From assembly GCA_013695335.1 (NCBI GenBank), contig JACDAR010000157.1, positions 1 through 50,246 on the forward strand: DNA of 50,246 nucleotides, in the 5' to 3' direction. Under the pieces are notes generated by a model, which worked only from the letters and a program-made list of their open reading frames with translations, did not search any database and was not told the origin of the DNA. Within the stretch, counting starts at the first letter, position 1, and each line of letters begins with the position of its first letter. Positions 9,071 to 18,719 of this stretch are shown piece after piece. A program made the translations under genes and the position numbers. This stretch comes from Rubrobacter sp. (GTDB taxonomy: Bacteria > Actinomycetota > Rubrobacteria > Rubrobacterales > Rubrobacteraceae).

Positions 9071-11128
9071 TTACGCCTCCAGTTTCTCCAGAGAAATGCG
9101 GTTCTGCTTGTCTATCTCCAGGACGCGCACCTTGATGGTATCGCCCTCGGTCACCACGTCCTCGACCCGCTCGACGCGCTGCTTACCAGGGGCAAGCCGG
9201 GAGATGTGGACGAGCCCGTCGCGGCCCGGCGTAAGCTCGACGAAAGCGCCGAAGTTGGTGGTCTTCACGACCTTGCCTGTGTAGATCTCACCGGCCTCAA
9301 CGTCTTTCATCATGGCGTTGATGGCGCCTGCGGCGTCCTTGGATACCATGCCCTCGCCGGCGACGAACACCGTACCGTCGTCCTCGACGGAAATGTTCAC
9401 GCCGAACTGCTCCTGGAGGGCGTTGATGGTCTTGCCGCCTGGGCCTATGAGCATCCCGATCTTGTCCTTCGGGATCTTCAGCACCTCGACCCTCGGGGCG
9501 TAATCCGACACCTCCGGGCGCGGCTCCGCTATCGCCTCGCGCATGATGTCCAGTATCTCGAGGCGACCATTCTTCGCCTGCCCGAGCGCCTCTTTCAGAA
9601 GCTCGGCTGAGACGCCCGTGATCTTCATGTCCATCTGCAGCGCCGTGATGCCGTCACGCGTTCCCGCGACCTTGAAGTCCATGTCGCCCATGTGGTCTTC
9701 GAGGCCCTGGATGTCTGTGAGGACTACGTAGTCGTCGCCCTCCTTGACCAGGCCCATCGCCACACCAGCGACCGGGGCTTTGATCGGCACACCGCCATCC
9801 ATCAGAGACAGCGTCGAGCCGCAGACGCTCGCCATCGAGGAAGAGCCGTTGGATTCCAGAACCTCGGAGATGATCCTTAGCGCGTACGGGAAAGTATCCT
9901 CGTCAGGTATGACAGGCACCAGCGCGCGCTCGGCGAGTGCGCCGTGCCCGATCTCACGCCGCCTGGGGGTCCCGAGACGGCCAGTCTCACCCGTGGAGTA
10001 CGGCGGGAAGTTGTAGTGGTGCATGTAGCGCTTGCCGGTCTGCGGCTCGAGGGTGTCGAGCCTCTGGGCGAGCCCGAGATCGGCCAGCGCCAGCGAGCTG
10101 AGAACCTGCGTCTCACCGCGCGTAAACAGCCCGGTTCCATGAACGCGGGGCAATACGCCAGCCTCGGCGGAAGTCGGACGGATCTCATCCATCGCCCGCA
10201 GGTCGGTGCGCTTGCGGTCCTCGATGTACAGCTTGCGGAAGGCTTCCTTCTCGAGCGTGTACAGGGCGGCGGATATCTGGGCAGCGTCCTCTTCTTCGCG
10301 GCCCTCGATCAACTCGTCGCGCAGCCCACCAAGGGCGTCGCGGCGGGCACGCCGATCCGTCTGAACGATATCTTCCTTGATGCGGTCGAGATACTGGCCC
10401 CGCAAATCCGCCAGGAAAGGATTCTCTTCGGGTGTCTCGAACTCTTGTTTGGGTTGGCCGTGTTCCGCAGCCCATCCCTCGATGGCCTCAGCCTGCGCCC
10501 GAATGTTCTCCTGGGCCAGTTGCAGCGCCTCGACCATGACATCCTCGGGGACCTCGTTCGCCCCGGCCTCGACCATTGTGATTGCCTCTTTGGTGCCGGC
10601 GACGACCAGATCCAGGTCGCTCTCCGCGATCTGGTCGTAGGTCGGGTTGAGGATGAACCCGCCATCAAGGTTCCTGCCGACGCGAACGGCCCCGATGGGC
10701 GCCGCGACCGGGATATCCGAAAGCGCGAGAGCCGCCGAACCGCCGACCATGCTCACGGTGTCATAAGGGGTGTCCTGATCCGCAGCCAGGACGGTTCCGA
10801 CTACCTGTATCTCGTAGTGATAGTTCTTCGGGAACAGGGGCCGTAGTGGCCGGTCGGTCAGGCGGGAGGTCAGGATCGCCTTCTCAGAAGGCCGTCCCTC
10901 GCGCTTGATGAAGCCGCCGGGGATCTTGCCCGCCGCGGACATTCTCTCTTCGATGTCCACGCTCAGGGGCAGGAAAGTGGCGCCCGGCCTCGGGGCGCTG
11001 CTGCGGGTGGATGTGGACAGCATCACGGTGTCGCCGAGTTGGGCTGTCACCGAACCGCCGGCCTGACGGGCCAGCTTCCCGGTTTCGAGCACGATGGATC
11101 GCTCGCCGACGGGGATCTCTAAACGCAT
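9071..11128 (-). CDS. pnp: Polyribonucleotide nucleotidyltransferase (PNPase)
   Basis: Two RNase PH domains, a KH domain ([16 protein letters not shown]) and an S1 domain ([20 protein letters not shown]). rpsO-pnp synteny. Confidence 0.97.
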   Translation of the reverse strand: MRLEIPVGERSIVLETGKLARQAGGSVTAQLGDTVMLSTSTRSSAPRPGATFLPLSVDIEERMSAAGKIPGGFIKREGRPSEKAILTSRLTDRPLRPLFPKNYHYEIQVVGTVLAADQDTPYDTVSMVGGSAALALSDIPVAAPIGAVRVGRNLDGGFILNPTYDQIAESDLDLVVAGTKEAITMVEAGANEVPEDVMVEALQLAQENIRAQAEAIEGWAAEHGQPKQEFETPEENPFLADLRGQYLDRIKEDIVQTDRRARRDALGGLRDELIEGREEEDAAQISAALYTLEKEAFRKLYIEDRKRTDLRAMDEIRPTSAEAGVLPRVHGTGLFTRGETQVLSSLALADLGLAQRLDTLEPQTGKRYMHHYNFPPYSTGETGRLGTPRRREIGHGALAERALVPVIPDEDTFPYALRIISEVLESNGSSSMASVCGSTLSLMDGGVPIKAPVAGVAMGLVKEGDDYVVLTDIQGLEDHMGDMDFKVAGTRDGITALQMDMKITGVSAELLKEALGQAKNGRLEILDIMREAIAEPRPEVSDYAPRVEVLKIPKDKIGMLIGPGGKTINALQEQFGVNISVEDDGTVFVAGEGMVSKDAAGAINAMMKDVEAGEIYTGKVVKTTNFGAFVELTPGRDGLVHISRLAPGKQRVERVEDVVTEGDTIKVRVLEIDKQNRISLEKLEA

Positions 11129-11158
11129 ATTATCTTTCTCCTCTTGCTGTGAATTAGC

Positions 11159-11183
11159 CCGGTAAGAATCTGTCCGTTACCGG
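11159..11183 (-). promoter_or_regulatory. Hairpin spanning the rpsO stop codon in the rpsO-pnp junction
   Basis: CCGGTAA (11159-11165), an 11-nt loop, then TTACCGG (11177-11183): a 7-bp perfect stem with no U tract. Confidence 0.4.
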
Positions 11184-11443
11184 CGCAGACCGAGCTTCCC
11201 AATGAGCGCACGATAGCGCTCGATGTCCTTCTTCTGCAGGTATTTCAGGAGACGGCGGCGCTTGCCCACCATCTGCAACAACCCTCGACGCGAATGAAAA
11301 TCGTGCTTGTGGGTCCGCACGTGATCCGTGAGGTGGTTGATGCGTCGCGTCAATATAGCGACCTGCACCTCGGGAGAGCCTGTATCGCCCTCGTGCGTCC
11401 TGTGCTCTTGAATGATCTCTTCTTTATTCTCCACTACCGCCAA
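11177..11443 (-). CDS. rpsO: 30S ribosomal protein S15
   Basis: [43 protein letters not shown] start with GAGGAGAG upstream. Confidence 0.97.
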   Translation of the reverse strand: MAVVENKEEIIQEHRTHEGDTGSPEVQVAILTRRINHLTDHVRTHKHDFHSRRGLLQMVGKRRRLLKYLQKKDIERYRALIGKLGLRR

Positions 11444-11510
11444 CTTCTTCTTCTCTCCTCTTGATCCGTGATCAATCTCATCTCGTCAAGGTCATATGCT
11501 ACCACATGCA

Positions 11511-12404
11511 TCAAATAGTATGATCTGTGATCTTGCGCGCCTCTTCCACGTCCCTGGCTATCTGCTCTCGTAGTTCCTCTACTCCCGAGAACCGCTTCTC
11601 TTCACGTATCCGCCTCACGAAGCTCACGTCCGCAGTCTTTCCGTAGAGATCCCCCTCGAAATCCAACAGGTGCGCTTCGACCCGGCTCTCGGCCCTGTCG
11701 AATGTCGGCGCGACCCCAATGTTGGTGCAGGCCGCATATTCCTTTCCGTCGATCCTGACGAAACCGGCGTAGACGCCACGCGCGGGAACGATCACGGTCG
11801 GATCGGGGAGCACGTTCGCCGTCGGGAAGCCTATCGTCCGCCCCCGCCGGTCTCCTTCGATGACCTCGCCCCGCAGCACGTACGGCCTCCCGAGCAAACG
11901 CGATGCCTCGCCAACATCGCCAGCGGCGATCAAAGCCCGGATCCGGGTCGAGGTGATCTCAGCCCCGCTAGTGTTCTGGAGCGAGACCGCGAACGCATCC
12001 CCCCAAGCCTCCCGCATGAGACGCTTGAGATCCCCGAAATCTCCCGACGCCCGATGTCCGAACCGGAAATTTTCGCCAACGACGACGATTCTCGCTCCGA
12101 TCTCCCCAACCAACACATCTCGCACGAATTCTTCCGGGGTCTTTTTCGAGAGCGCCCTGTCGAAGTGGATGGCATAAACCTCGCCCACACCCTGCCGAAC
12201 CAACTCTTCACGACGGAGATCCAGGCTAGTCAACAACTTCGGCTCGTCGCCAGGCCACAAGACAGCCCGAGGGTGCGGATCAAACGTTGCGGCTACCAAT
12301 TCCACCCCACGCTCCCTTGCGACTTCCAACCCTCTCCGCAACACTGCCCGGTGCCCGAGATGGACACCATCGAAGTTGCCGAGCACGGCCACTACTCCCC
12401 GCAC
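11511..12404 (-). CDS. ribF: Bifunctional riboflavin kinase / FMN adenylyltransferase
   Basis: GNFDGVHLGH nucleotidyltransferase motif and a C-terminal riboflavin kinase domain (GFPTANV, EAHLLDFEGDLYG). GTG start overlaps the truB stop by 13 nt. Confidence 0.93.
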   Translation of the reverse strand: MRGVVAVLGNFDGVHLGHRAVLRRGLEVARERGVELVAATFDPHPRAVLWPGDEPKLLTSLDLRREELVRQGVGEVYAIHFDRALSKKTPEEFVRDVLVGEIGARIVVVGENFRFGHRASGDFGDLKRLMREAWGDAFAVSLQNTSGAEITSTRIRALIAAGDVGEASRLLGRPYVLRGEVIEGDRRGRTIGFPTANVLPDPTVIVPARGVYAGFVRIDGKEYAACTNIGVAPTFDRAESRVEAHLLDFEGDLYGKTADVSFVRRIREEKRFSGVEELREQIARDVEEARKITDHTI

Positions 12405-13240
12405 AGAACCACCTCGGGCCGCGCCTCATTCCCTGAATCGCGGTACACGGCAAGAAGCTCATCTCCGCCCATAATCCGGTACGGACCTTCTATCCCAGCC
12501 GCCTCCAGCGAACGTCCGCTGCGTACCATCTTCTCGGTTCGCCCCCCCACGCCCAAAATCAGAAGATGTCCAACCACAGCGTTTGTTTGTATTATGTGGT
12601 TATAGACACTATCTTCCGTGAGATGGTCGAGGGTTGTGGCATGTTGGAGGTTCAGATCTCCGATGCTCGTGCGGCGGAGGGCCGTGAGGTGGGCGCCGGT
12701 TCCGAGCGAGTCGGCGAGGTCCGCGATGAGGGAGCGGACGTACGTTCCGCTGCTGCATGAGATCTCGAACGTGGCAGTCTGAGAGGCAATGTCCAGGTTG
12801 GTGAGCGAGAAGGAGTGGATGGTTACCGGGCGGCTCTCGCGCTCGACTGTCTCACCCCGGCGGTGCGCTTTATATAGTCGTTCTCCTCCAACCTTCACTG
12901 CGGAGGCCATCGGTGGTATCTGCGTGATGTCGCCGGTGAATTGTTGCATCGCTGACCGCAGATCATCTTCGTCAGGCATCGGAGCATCGAGGGTCAGGAT
13001 CTCACCTTCTGCGTCCAGGGTATCGGAGATTGCCCCGAATCGCGCTGTGGCAACGTATGACTTGTCCAGGTCCGTGACGTAACGGGAGAGGCGAGTGGCA
13101 CGACCGATCACTAGCACAAGCAGGCCGGTCGCCAGGGGATCTAGAGTTCCCGTGTGGCCGATCTTGGTTTTCCTGGGAAGCAGACGCTTCACCACGGCGA
13201 CAGCGCCCGCGCTGGTGATGCCTGGCGGCTTGTCCAGCAA
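12392..13240 (-). CDS. truB: tRNA pseudouridine-55 synthase TruB
   Basis: LDKPPGITS and GHTGTLDPLATG (catalytic Asp) motifs, plus a PUA-like C-terminus. TTG start. Confidence 0.93.
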   Translation of the reverse strand: MLDKPPGITSAGAVAVVKRLLPRKTKIGHTGTLDPLATGLLVLVIGRATRLSRYVTDLDKSYVATARFGAISDTLDAEGEILTLDAPMPDEDDLRSAMQQFTGDITQIPPMASAVKVGGERLYKAHRRGETVERESRPVTIHSFSLTNLDIASQTATFEISCSSGTYVRSLIADLADSLGTGAHLTALRRTSIGDLNLQHATTLDHLTEDSVYNHIIQTNAVVGHLLILGVGGRTEKMVRSGRSLEAAGIEGPYRIMGGDELLAVYRDSGNEARPEVVLCGE

Positions 13241-13266
13241 GATGGCGCCGGATGGGGCGCTTGGGG

Positions 13267-14232
13267 CTATCGTCCGCCCCCGAGATCCACTACGCCTTCG
13301 AGGTTCTCTAGCAATTCCTCTTTGGCCTCCTGTGGCCTCATGCCTTTTCGGGTGTATCCGGCTGCCAGCCTGTGTCCCCCACCCCCGAAGCGGCGGGCGA
13401 CCTCGCCAACGTCCACGGTCTCGGAGCGAAGGGAACCCTTGGTGCCACCTGGAACCTCACGCAGGTGGGCAACAACGTCAACGCCCTCGACCGTGCGGAG
13501 CTGGTCGATGGCCTCTTTGGAGTCGATCTCACCGGCGCCGGTACGCTCGTAGTCCGCGTTGTCCACGGTAGCCACGAGTGCCTCGCCAAATTTTTCTGCG
13601 CTGGCGAGCACGGACCCGACAACCTTGAGCTGCTCGATGGAACCCCTGCGGTTGATCTTCTCGTTCACCTCTGCCGGAACCACGCCAGCCCGCAGAAGGT
13701 CAGCGACAAGTTCGTGGGCGACGGGCGAGATGTTTCTGAACGTGAAGCCGCCAGTATCAGTCCTGACGCCGACGTAGATGGCATCGGCGGCGTCGCGATC
13801 AATCGGCACGTCGAGTTCCCGGTAAAGCCCAGCGACGAGTTCAGCCGTGGCTGAAGCCTTCGGGTTGACCAGGTTGTATTCGGCGTAGTACGGGTTGTCT
13901 TCGTGATGGTCGAGGTTCAGGCGCGCCCCGGCGTCTGGGATGGGAACGCCTGTTCGGTCGGGCCGCGAAGTATCCACGACTAGCAGGTCGTGATCCGGAG
14001 GCATCTCGGTCAATGGCTCATCCGGCAACAGCCACCTCAAATATCCCTGAACCTCCTCAGCGTGGCAGAACACCGCCTCTGCGCCGAGATGCCGCATCAA
14101 ACGCACCAGCGCGGCCGAGGTTCCGATGGCGTCACCATCAGCCCCAACGTGGGTTGTGACGGCTACGCGGTCAAGGGTCCGCAGGAAGTCTGCGATCTCC
14201 CTGATTGTATTATTCGTCGTGCGGGACGTCAT
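13267..14232 (-). CDS. nrnA: DHH/DHHA1 phosphoesterase (NrnA-like oligoribonuclease / pAp phosphatase)
   Basis: HVGADGDAIGT, LNLDHHEDN and C-terminal GGGGH motifs. rbfA-nrnA-truB synteny. Confidence 0.8.
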   Translation of the reverse strand: MTSRTTNNTIREIADFLRTLDRVAVTTHVGADGDAIGTSAALVRLMRHLGAEAVFCHAEEVQGYLRWLLPDEPLTEMPPDHDLLVVDTSRPDRTGVPIPDAGARLNLDHHEDNPYYAEYNLVNPKASATAELVAGLYRELDVPIDRDAADAIYVGVRTDTGGFTFRNISPVAHELVADLLRAGVVPAEVNEKINRRGSIEQLKVVGSVLASAEKFGEALVATVDNADYERTGAGEIDSKEAIDQLRTVEGVDVVAHLREVPGGTKGSLRSETVDVGEVARRFGGGGHRLAAGYTRKGMRPQEAKEELLENLEGVVDLGGGR

Positions 14233-14566
14233 GTGCCTTTACCTCCCTCAAGGCGGCGTCTATTCTGCTTGCCCTTTCCACGACGGGATCAGGCTCAAAC
14301 CGCAGCCGGGGCGTGCGCCGGAGCCGCGTTTGCGCCCCGACGGAGCCCTGTATGCGTCCGGCTGCGCTCTGCAACCCCTCCCTCGCCTCTTCCTCGTTCT
14401 CCCCTTCGAGTACGCTGTAGAAGACGGTTGCCTGCGCGATGTTAGGGCTCACGCGCACGCCCGTCACGGTGACGAGGCCGTTGATGCGCGGGTCGGCGAG
14501 CGCTGCCACCTCCTCGCCCACGATCTCCTTTAGCTGCGATTCTATCTTGCGGGTACGTTCGCTCAC
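14210..14566 (-). CDS. rbfA: Ribosome-binding factor A
   Basis: 118 aa with an RbfA pattern (LKEIVGEEV...DPRINGLVTVTGVRVSPNIAQATVFYS). It lies downstream of infB and its 3' end overlaps the nrnA start by 23 nt. Confidence 0.9.
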   Translation of the reverse strand: MSERTRKIESQLKEIVGEEVAALADPRINGLVTVTGVRVSPNIAQATVFYSVLEGENEEEAREGLQSAAGRIQGSVGAQTRLRRTPRLRFEPDPVVERASRIDAALREVKAHDVPHDE

Positions 14567-14579
14567 GGCGATGTCCTTA

Positions 14580-14861
14580 TCAGAGTTTTACGAAATCTTC
14601 GCGCCAGTCGGCGACCATAAGCTCGTCGTAGTTCAACAGAAAGCGCCTCACCTCTTCGCGCTTCTCTTCGGCCGCGCCCCTGGAGACGGCGGCGACCGCT
14701 ATCTCCAGGGTTGCCCTCTGCCAGAAATCCTGGTTGTCCGATTCGACCACCGAAACGTTCTTCTTCCGCAGCCTGTCGCGGACGGAGCGGATCGTCTGGC
14801 GCTTATCCTTGAGGCTGGAGGAGTATGGCAGGTCCAACTCCAGCCTGGCCGCGTACAACAA
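14580..14861 (-). CDS. DUF503 (YlxP-like) protein
   Basis: 93 aa with SLKDKRQTIRSVRDRLRKKNVSVVESDNQDFWQRATLEIA, typical of DUF503. The infB-DUF503-rbfA position is conserved. Confidence 0.75.
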   Translation of the reverse strand: MLYAARLELDLPYSSSLKDKRQTIRSVRDRLRKKNVSVVESDNQDFWQRATLEIAVAAVSRGAAEEKREEVRRFLLNYDELMVADWREDFVKL

Positions 14862-14873
14862 TGGTTTCCCGGT

Positions 14874-17051
14874 TTACCTCGGAATCTCGACGATCTCGAA
14901 GAACTCGAGCACGTCGCCTTCCTTGACGTCGTTGAAGTTCTCGACGCCGACGCCGCACTCGAAGCCCTGACGCACGGAACGCGCATCGTCCTTGAAGCGT
15001 CTCAGTGAGGCTATGTTGCCATCGTAGACGACGGTTCCGTCGCGCACCACGCGAACGCGGTCGTTGCGTGAGATCTCACCGCTCGTCACGTAACAACCGG
15101 CGACGGTCCCTGCATTGGGGACACGGAAGATCTGACGTACTTCCGCGGTGCCGGTCTCACGCTCTTGCTCCTCTGGGGCGAGCATGCCGCGCATGGCGGC
15201 TTCGATCTCTTCGAGCGCCTTGTAGATCACGTCGTATGTACGGATCTCGACGCCCTCACGCTCCGCGACCTGCTTGGCGGTGCTGGTCGGCCTGACGTTG
15301 AAGCCGAGCAGGATGCCATCGGATGCCGAAGCGAGCATCACGTCGGAGTCTGTCAGCGCCCCGACGCCAGAACGGACGATGTTCACCCGCACTTCGTCGT
15401 TGGTGAGCTTGGCGAGCGCCTCCTTGAGGGCCTCGACGGAGCCTGCAACGTCAGCCTTGACTACGAGGTTGAGGTCCTGGCTCCCGCCCTCGCCGAGCAA
15501 CTCCTCAAGCGTCCGGCGGCTCCCGCCCTGCGCGAGTTCCTGCCGCTGCAGCGCCGACGCCGCATGCTGCGCCCTGTCACGGGCGATACGCTCACGCTCG
15601 ACTACCTCGAAACGAGTACCGGCTTCCGGCACTTCGGAGAGGCCGAGCACCTCGACCGGCTCCCCTGGCGTGGCGTCCTGTACGCGCTGTCCCGTGTAGT
15701 CCAGCATCGCCCGCACCCGTCCGTATGCTGTGCCCGCAAGCAGCGTGTCACCTTTGTGGAGGGTGCCGCGGCTCAGGAGGAGCGTTGCGACGGGACCGCG
15801 GCCAGGGTCACGCTCGCCCTCGATCACGTATCCGCTCGCAGGGGCGTTTGGGTTGGCCTTGAGATCTTCGAGTTCCGCAACGACCAGCAGATTCTCCAGG
15901 AGATCCTCGATCCCCTCACCCGTCTTGGCTGACACGCGAACCGTCACCGTCTCGCCGCCGTATTCCTCGGGCTGCAATCCGCGCTCGGAGAGCTCGCCGA
16001 AGACCTTGTCCGGGTTCGCGTTGGGAACGTCGATCTTGTTCAACGCAACAACGATCGGGACCTCGGCGGCCTTGGCGTGCTCGATAGCCTCCTCCGTCTG
16101 CGGCATCACACCGTCATCGGCGGCGATCACGAGCACGACCACGTCCGTCACCCGCGCCCCACGCGCCCGCATCTCGGTGAATGCCTCGTGGCCCGGCGTA
16201 TCGACGAAGGTGACCTTGCGGCCATCCTCCACCTCGACCTGATAAGCGCCGATGTGCTGGGTGATGCCCCCTGCTTCACCGGACTGCACGTTGGCCCGCC
16301 TGATGCGGTCGAGCAGCGAAGTTTTGCCGTGGTCAACGTGCCCCATCACCGTCACCACCGGCGGCTTCTCGACCAGATCTTCAGGCGAATCTTCAGGGAG
16401 GACTTCCTCTGGCGCTGGCTCTTCGATGGCGGCAACTTCGACCTCGACGCCCATCTCCTCGGCGATAAGTTCTATCTCCTCGATGGACAGCGTCTGGGTC
16501 TGGGTTCGCATCTCACCCAGGTTGAACAGGATCTGCACGATCCTGGCCGGCGGCACGCCGAGGGACTCCGCGAGATCCTGGAGCGCCGCGCCGGGCTCGA
16601 CCCGCACGGCTGTCTTCACTTCCTTCTCCTCTGCCTCCGCCTGAACCTGGCTCTCCTGCCTTGGCGCGGCGGGAGCGGCAGTCGGACGTGGGGCGCGATT
16701 GGTAGCGCCCGCGTCTATGACAACCCTGCGGCGCTTGCGATCCTTCTTTCGCGGCTGCCGACCCTTGTCAGTCGGCGCAGAAACGGGCTCCTCAGCCGGG
16801 GCCTCCTGGATAGTGGCCGCGTGCCCGGACTGCTCGGCTTCCTTCCGAGCTTCCTGGGCCTCTGCCTCCTGCGCCTCGGTGCGGCCGTTCGGCGTGGCTT
16901 TGGCGCCGTTGCCGAAGACGCGCTGGTACACATCTTCATCCACAGTCGAGGAGTGACTCTTCACATCGACCCCGGCGTCCTTGAAGCGTTCAATGACTTC
17001 CCTGCTCTCCAGCGACTGCTCTCGGGCAATCTCGTATACGCGCTTACTCAT
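14874..17051 (-). CDS. infB: Translation initiation factor IF-2
   Basis: G domain with GHVDHGKTSLLD, DTPGHEAF and NKID, plus a low-complexity N-terminal region. The ATG overlaps the nusA stop (ATGAGTAA). Confidence 0.97.
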   Translation of the reverse strand: MSKRVYEIAREQSLESREVIERFKDAGVDVKSHSSTVDEDVYQRVFGNGAKATPNGRTEAQEAEAQEARKEAEQSGHAATIQEAPAEEPVSAPTDKGRQPRKKDRKRRRVVIDAGATNRAPRPTAAPAAPRQESQVQAEAEEKEVKTAVRVEPGAALQDLAESLGVPPARIVQILFNLGEMRTQTQTLSIEEIELIAEEMGVEVEVAAIEEPAPEEVLPEDSPEDLVEKPPVVTVMGHVDHGKTSLLDRIRRANVQSGEAGGITQHIGAYQVEVEDGRKVTFVDTPGHEAFTEMRARGARVTDVVVLVIAADDGVMPQTEEAIEHAKAAEVPIVVALNKIDVPNANPDKVFGELSERGLQPEEYGGETVTVRVSAKTGEGIEDLLENLLVVAELEDLKANPNAPASGYVIEGERDPGRGPVATLLLSRGTLHKGDTLLAGTAYGRVRAMLDYTGQRVQDATPGEPVEVLGLSEVPEAGTRFEVVERERIARDRAQHAASALQRQELAQGGSRRTLEELLGEGGSQDLNLVVKADVAGSVEALKEALAKLTNDEVRVNIVRSGVGALTDSDVMLASASDGILLGFNVRPTSTAKQVAEREGVEIRTYDVIYKALEEIEAAMRGMLAPEEQERETGTAEVRQIFRVPNAGTVAGCYVTSGEISRNDRVRVVRDGTVVYDGNIASLRRFKDDARSVRQGFECGVGVENFNDVKEGDVLEFFEIVEIPR

Positions 17052-18174
17052 CCGATCCCCTACCCTCTACCATGCCCTCGAACTCGGCGGCCTGAGCCTG
17101 ATGCGACGGGATGCCACAGAACAGCGAGCCGGCTAGCGCCATGTTCGCGCACCGCCGCCCGTTGGAGAGGACCGCCCTGCAACGACGCATGGTGGAGTCC
17201 TCGTCCGGCTCCCAGTCCTCTTCCTCGTCTTCAAACTCGATGGCCTGGCTCTCGGGCTTTATGTCTATCTTCCAATCCGTCAACTTGACGGCCAGCCTGG
17301 CGTTCTGCCCCTCGCGCCCTATAGCCAGCGAGAGCTGGTCGTCAGGGACGATGACCTCAGCCTGCTGCTCGTCCTCGTCCAGGTATACCTCGCGCACCCG
17401 CGCCGGGCTCAGGGCCTTCGCTATGAACCGCGCCGGGTCGGGGTCCCACTGGATGATGTCTATCTTCTCGTTCCGAAGCTCCGAGACCACGGCCCGCACC
17501 CGGCTCCCCCGCGGCCCGACACACGCGCCGACGGGGTCTATCCCCTGCTCCTTGGACCATACTGCAACCTTGGAGCGCAGCCCGGCCTCGCGGGCGACCG
17601 CCCGTATCTCAACGAGGCCGTCGTAGATCTCAGGCACTTCGAGTTCGAAGAGGCCCTTCAAGAGCCCTTCGTGACGCCGGCTCACGACGAGTCCGGGTCC
17701 ACGGCCCGGCTCCCGGATCTCGAGCAGGTACACCTTGATGCGCTGGCCGTTCTCGTAGCGTTCGTTGGAGACCTGCTCGCTGGCCGGCAGGATCGCCTCC
17801 ACCCTTCCGAGATCCACGAGCGTCATCCTGCGGTGCGCCTGCTGCACGATGCCGGTCACGATGTCGCCCATGCGCTCGCCGTACTCTTCGAGAAGCTGCT
17901 CGTTGTGGATCTCATTGAGGCGCTGCATGAAGTTCTGGCGCATCACGTACGCGGCCATGCGGGTGAAGTCCGCAGGCGTTATGTCCTGATCGTCGCGCAT
18001 GACCCGCAGGTCGCCGGTCTCCTCGTCAAAGATGACCCTTGCCTCTTCGTCGGCCTCGTCCCGGTTCAGGTACGCGGCAAGAAGAGACTCTTCGAGAACC
18101 CCCTTGACCGTCTCGAACGGTATTCCCTTGTCCGTCTCTATCTCTCTTAGAGCGGATAACAATGCAGTGTTCAT
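17044..18174 (-). CDS. nusA: Transcription termination/antitermination factor NusA with an atypical Cys-rich C-terminal tail
   Basis: NTD, S1 (GDIVTGIVQQ) and KH1/KH2 (GACVGPRGSRVRAV, LAIGREGQNARLA) domains. A 48-aa tail follows, containing C-x9-C-x10-C-x4-H. Confidence 0.95.
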   Translation of the reverse strand: MNTALLSALREIETDKGIPFETVKGVLEESLLAAYLNRDEADEEARVIFDEETGDLRVMRDDQDITPADFTRMAAYVMRQNFMQRLNEIHNEQLLEEYGERMGDIVTGIVQQAHRRMTLVDLGRVEAILPASEQVSNERYENGQRIKVYLLEIREPGRGPGLVVSRRHEGLLKGLFELEVPEIYDGLVEIRAVAREAGLRSKVAVWSKEQGIDPVGACVGPRGSRVRAVVSELRNEKIDIIQWDPDPARFIAKALSPARVREVYLDEDEQQAEVIVPDDQLSLAIGREGQNARLAVKLTDWKIDIKPESQAIEFEDEEEDWEPDEDSTMRRCRAVLSNGRRCANMALAGSLFCGIPSHQAQAAEFEGMVEGRGSDE

Positions 18175-18178
18175 CTGG

Positions 18179-18628
18179 TTATATGTCCTCCTTGAGGTTA
18201 GCCCTCGAGACGGAGCCGAACGCCATCTCCACCTCTGCTCCCCCCTCTGGGAGTTTTAATACGAATCCATCCTCATCTGTTCGTTCGATGATCCCCGTGA
18301 AGTTCCGCCGCCCATCCAGCGGCTCGACGGTTCTAACCTTCGCCTCCTTGCCAACGAAGCGCCTGAAGTGCTCCGGCTTCGTCAGCGGACGCTCGATGCC
18401 GGGTGAAGAAACCTCGATCATGCCGTCGTACCCTTCGTCCTCAAGCGACGGAGACACTGCGGATACCACCCGCGAACAGAACTCGTGGTCAACCGGCCCG
18501 TCCGTCCGGTCGACCAGAATCGTCAGCAGCGGCCCACCCGAAAACCGGGCGTCCACAAGCTCAGCCCCATCGGGCAGCGAAGCCTCGACCACCTGCGTAA
18601 TTTTCTCCAGTTCCGCCGTCTCTCTCAC
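18179..18628 (-). CDS. rimP: Ribosome maturation factor RimP
   Basis: 149 aa in the position immediately upstream of nusA, with a RimP-like pattern (GAELVDARFSGG...LTILVDRTDG). GTG start. Confidence 0.9.
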   Translation of the reverse strand: MRETAELEKITQVVEASLPDGAELVDARFSGGPLLTILVDRTDGPVDHEFCSRVVSAVSPSLEDEGYDGMIEVSSPGIERPLTKPEHFRRFVGKEAKVRTVEPLDGRRNFTGIIERTDEDGFVLKLPEGGAEVEMAFGSVSRANLKEDI

Positions 18629-18640
18629 CTTCTTCGAGCG

Positions 18641-18673
18641 ATAAAAAAAGCAACGGGTCCGAGGACCCCTTGC
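18641..18673 (-). terminator. Rho-independent terminator (hairpin plus U7 tract) ending 13 nt upstream of the rimP start codon
   Basis: The minus strand reads GCAAGGGGTC-CTCG-GACCCGTTGC followed by TTTTTTTAT. The stem is 10 positions with 9 pairs and one G-G mismatch (hairpin 18650-18673). The tract is A7 on the plus strand at 18643-18649. Confidence 0.7.
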
Positions 18674-18691
18674 TCACGTACAGCGGTAACC

Positions 18692-18719
18692 ATTCTACAT
18701 CAGAGTATGTAGGTTACAA
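18692..18719 (-). promoter_or_regulatory. Candidate sigma70-type promoter for the rimP-nusA-infB leader
   Basis: Minus strand: TTGTAA (18719-18714), 16-nt spacer, TAGAAT (18697-18692). The predicted start is about 12 nt before the terminator hairpin. Confidence 0.35.

Noticed and set aside
14299-14309. A copy of the CCGCAGCCGGG 11-mer, which is repeated upstream of rpsB, occurs inside rbfA
   Set aside because: It shows the 11-mer can arise by chance in this G+C-rich genome. I therefore lowered the weight of the motif in the rpsB leader finding rather than calling it a dispersed repeat family.
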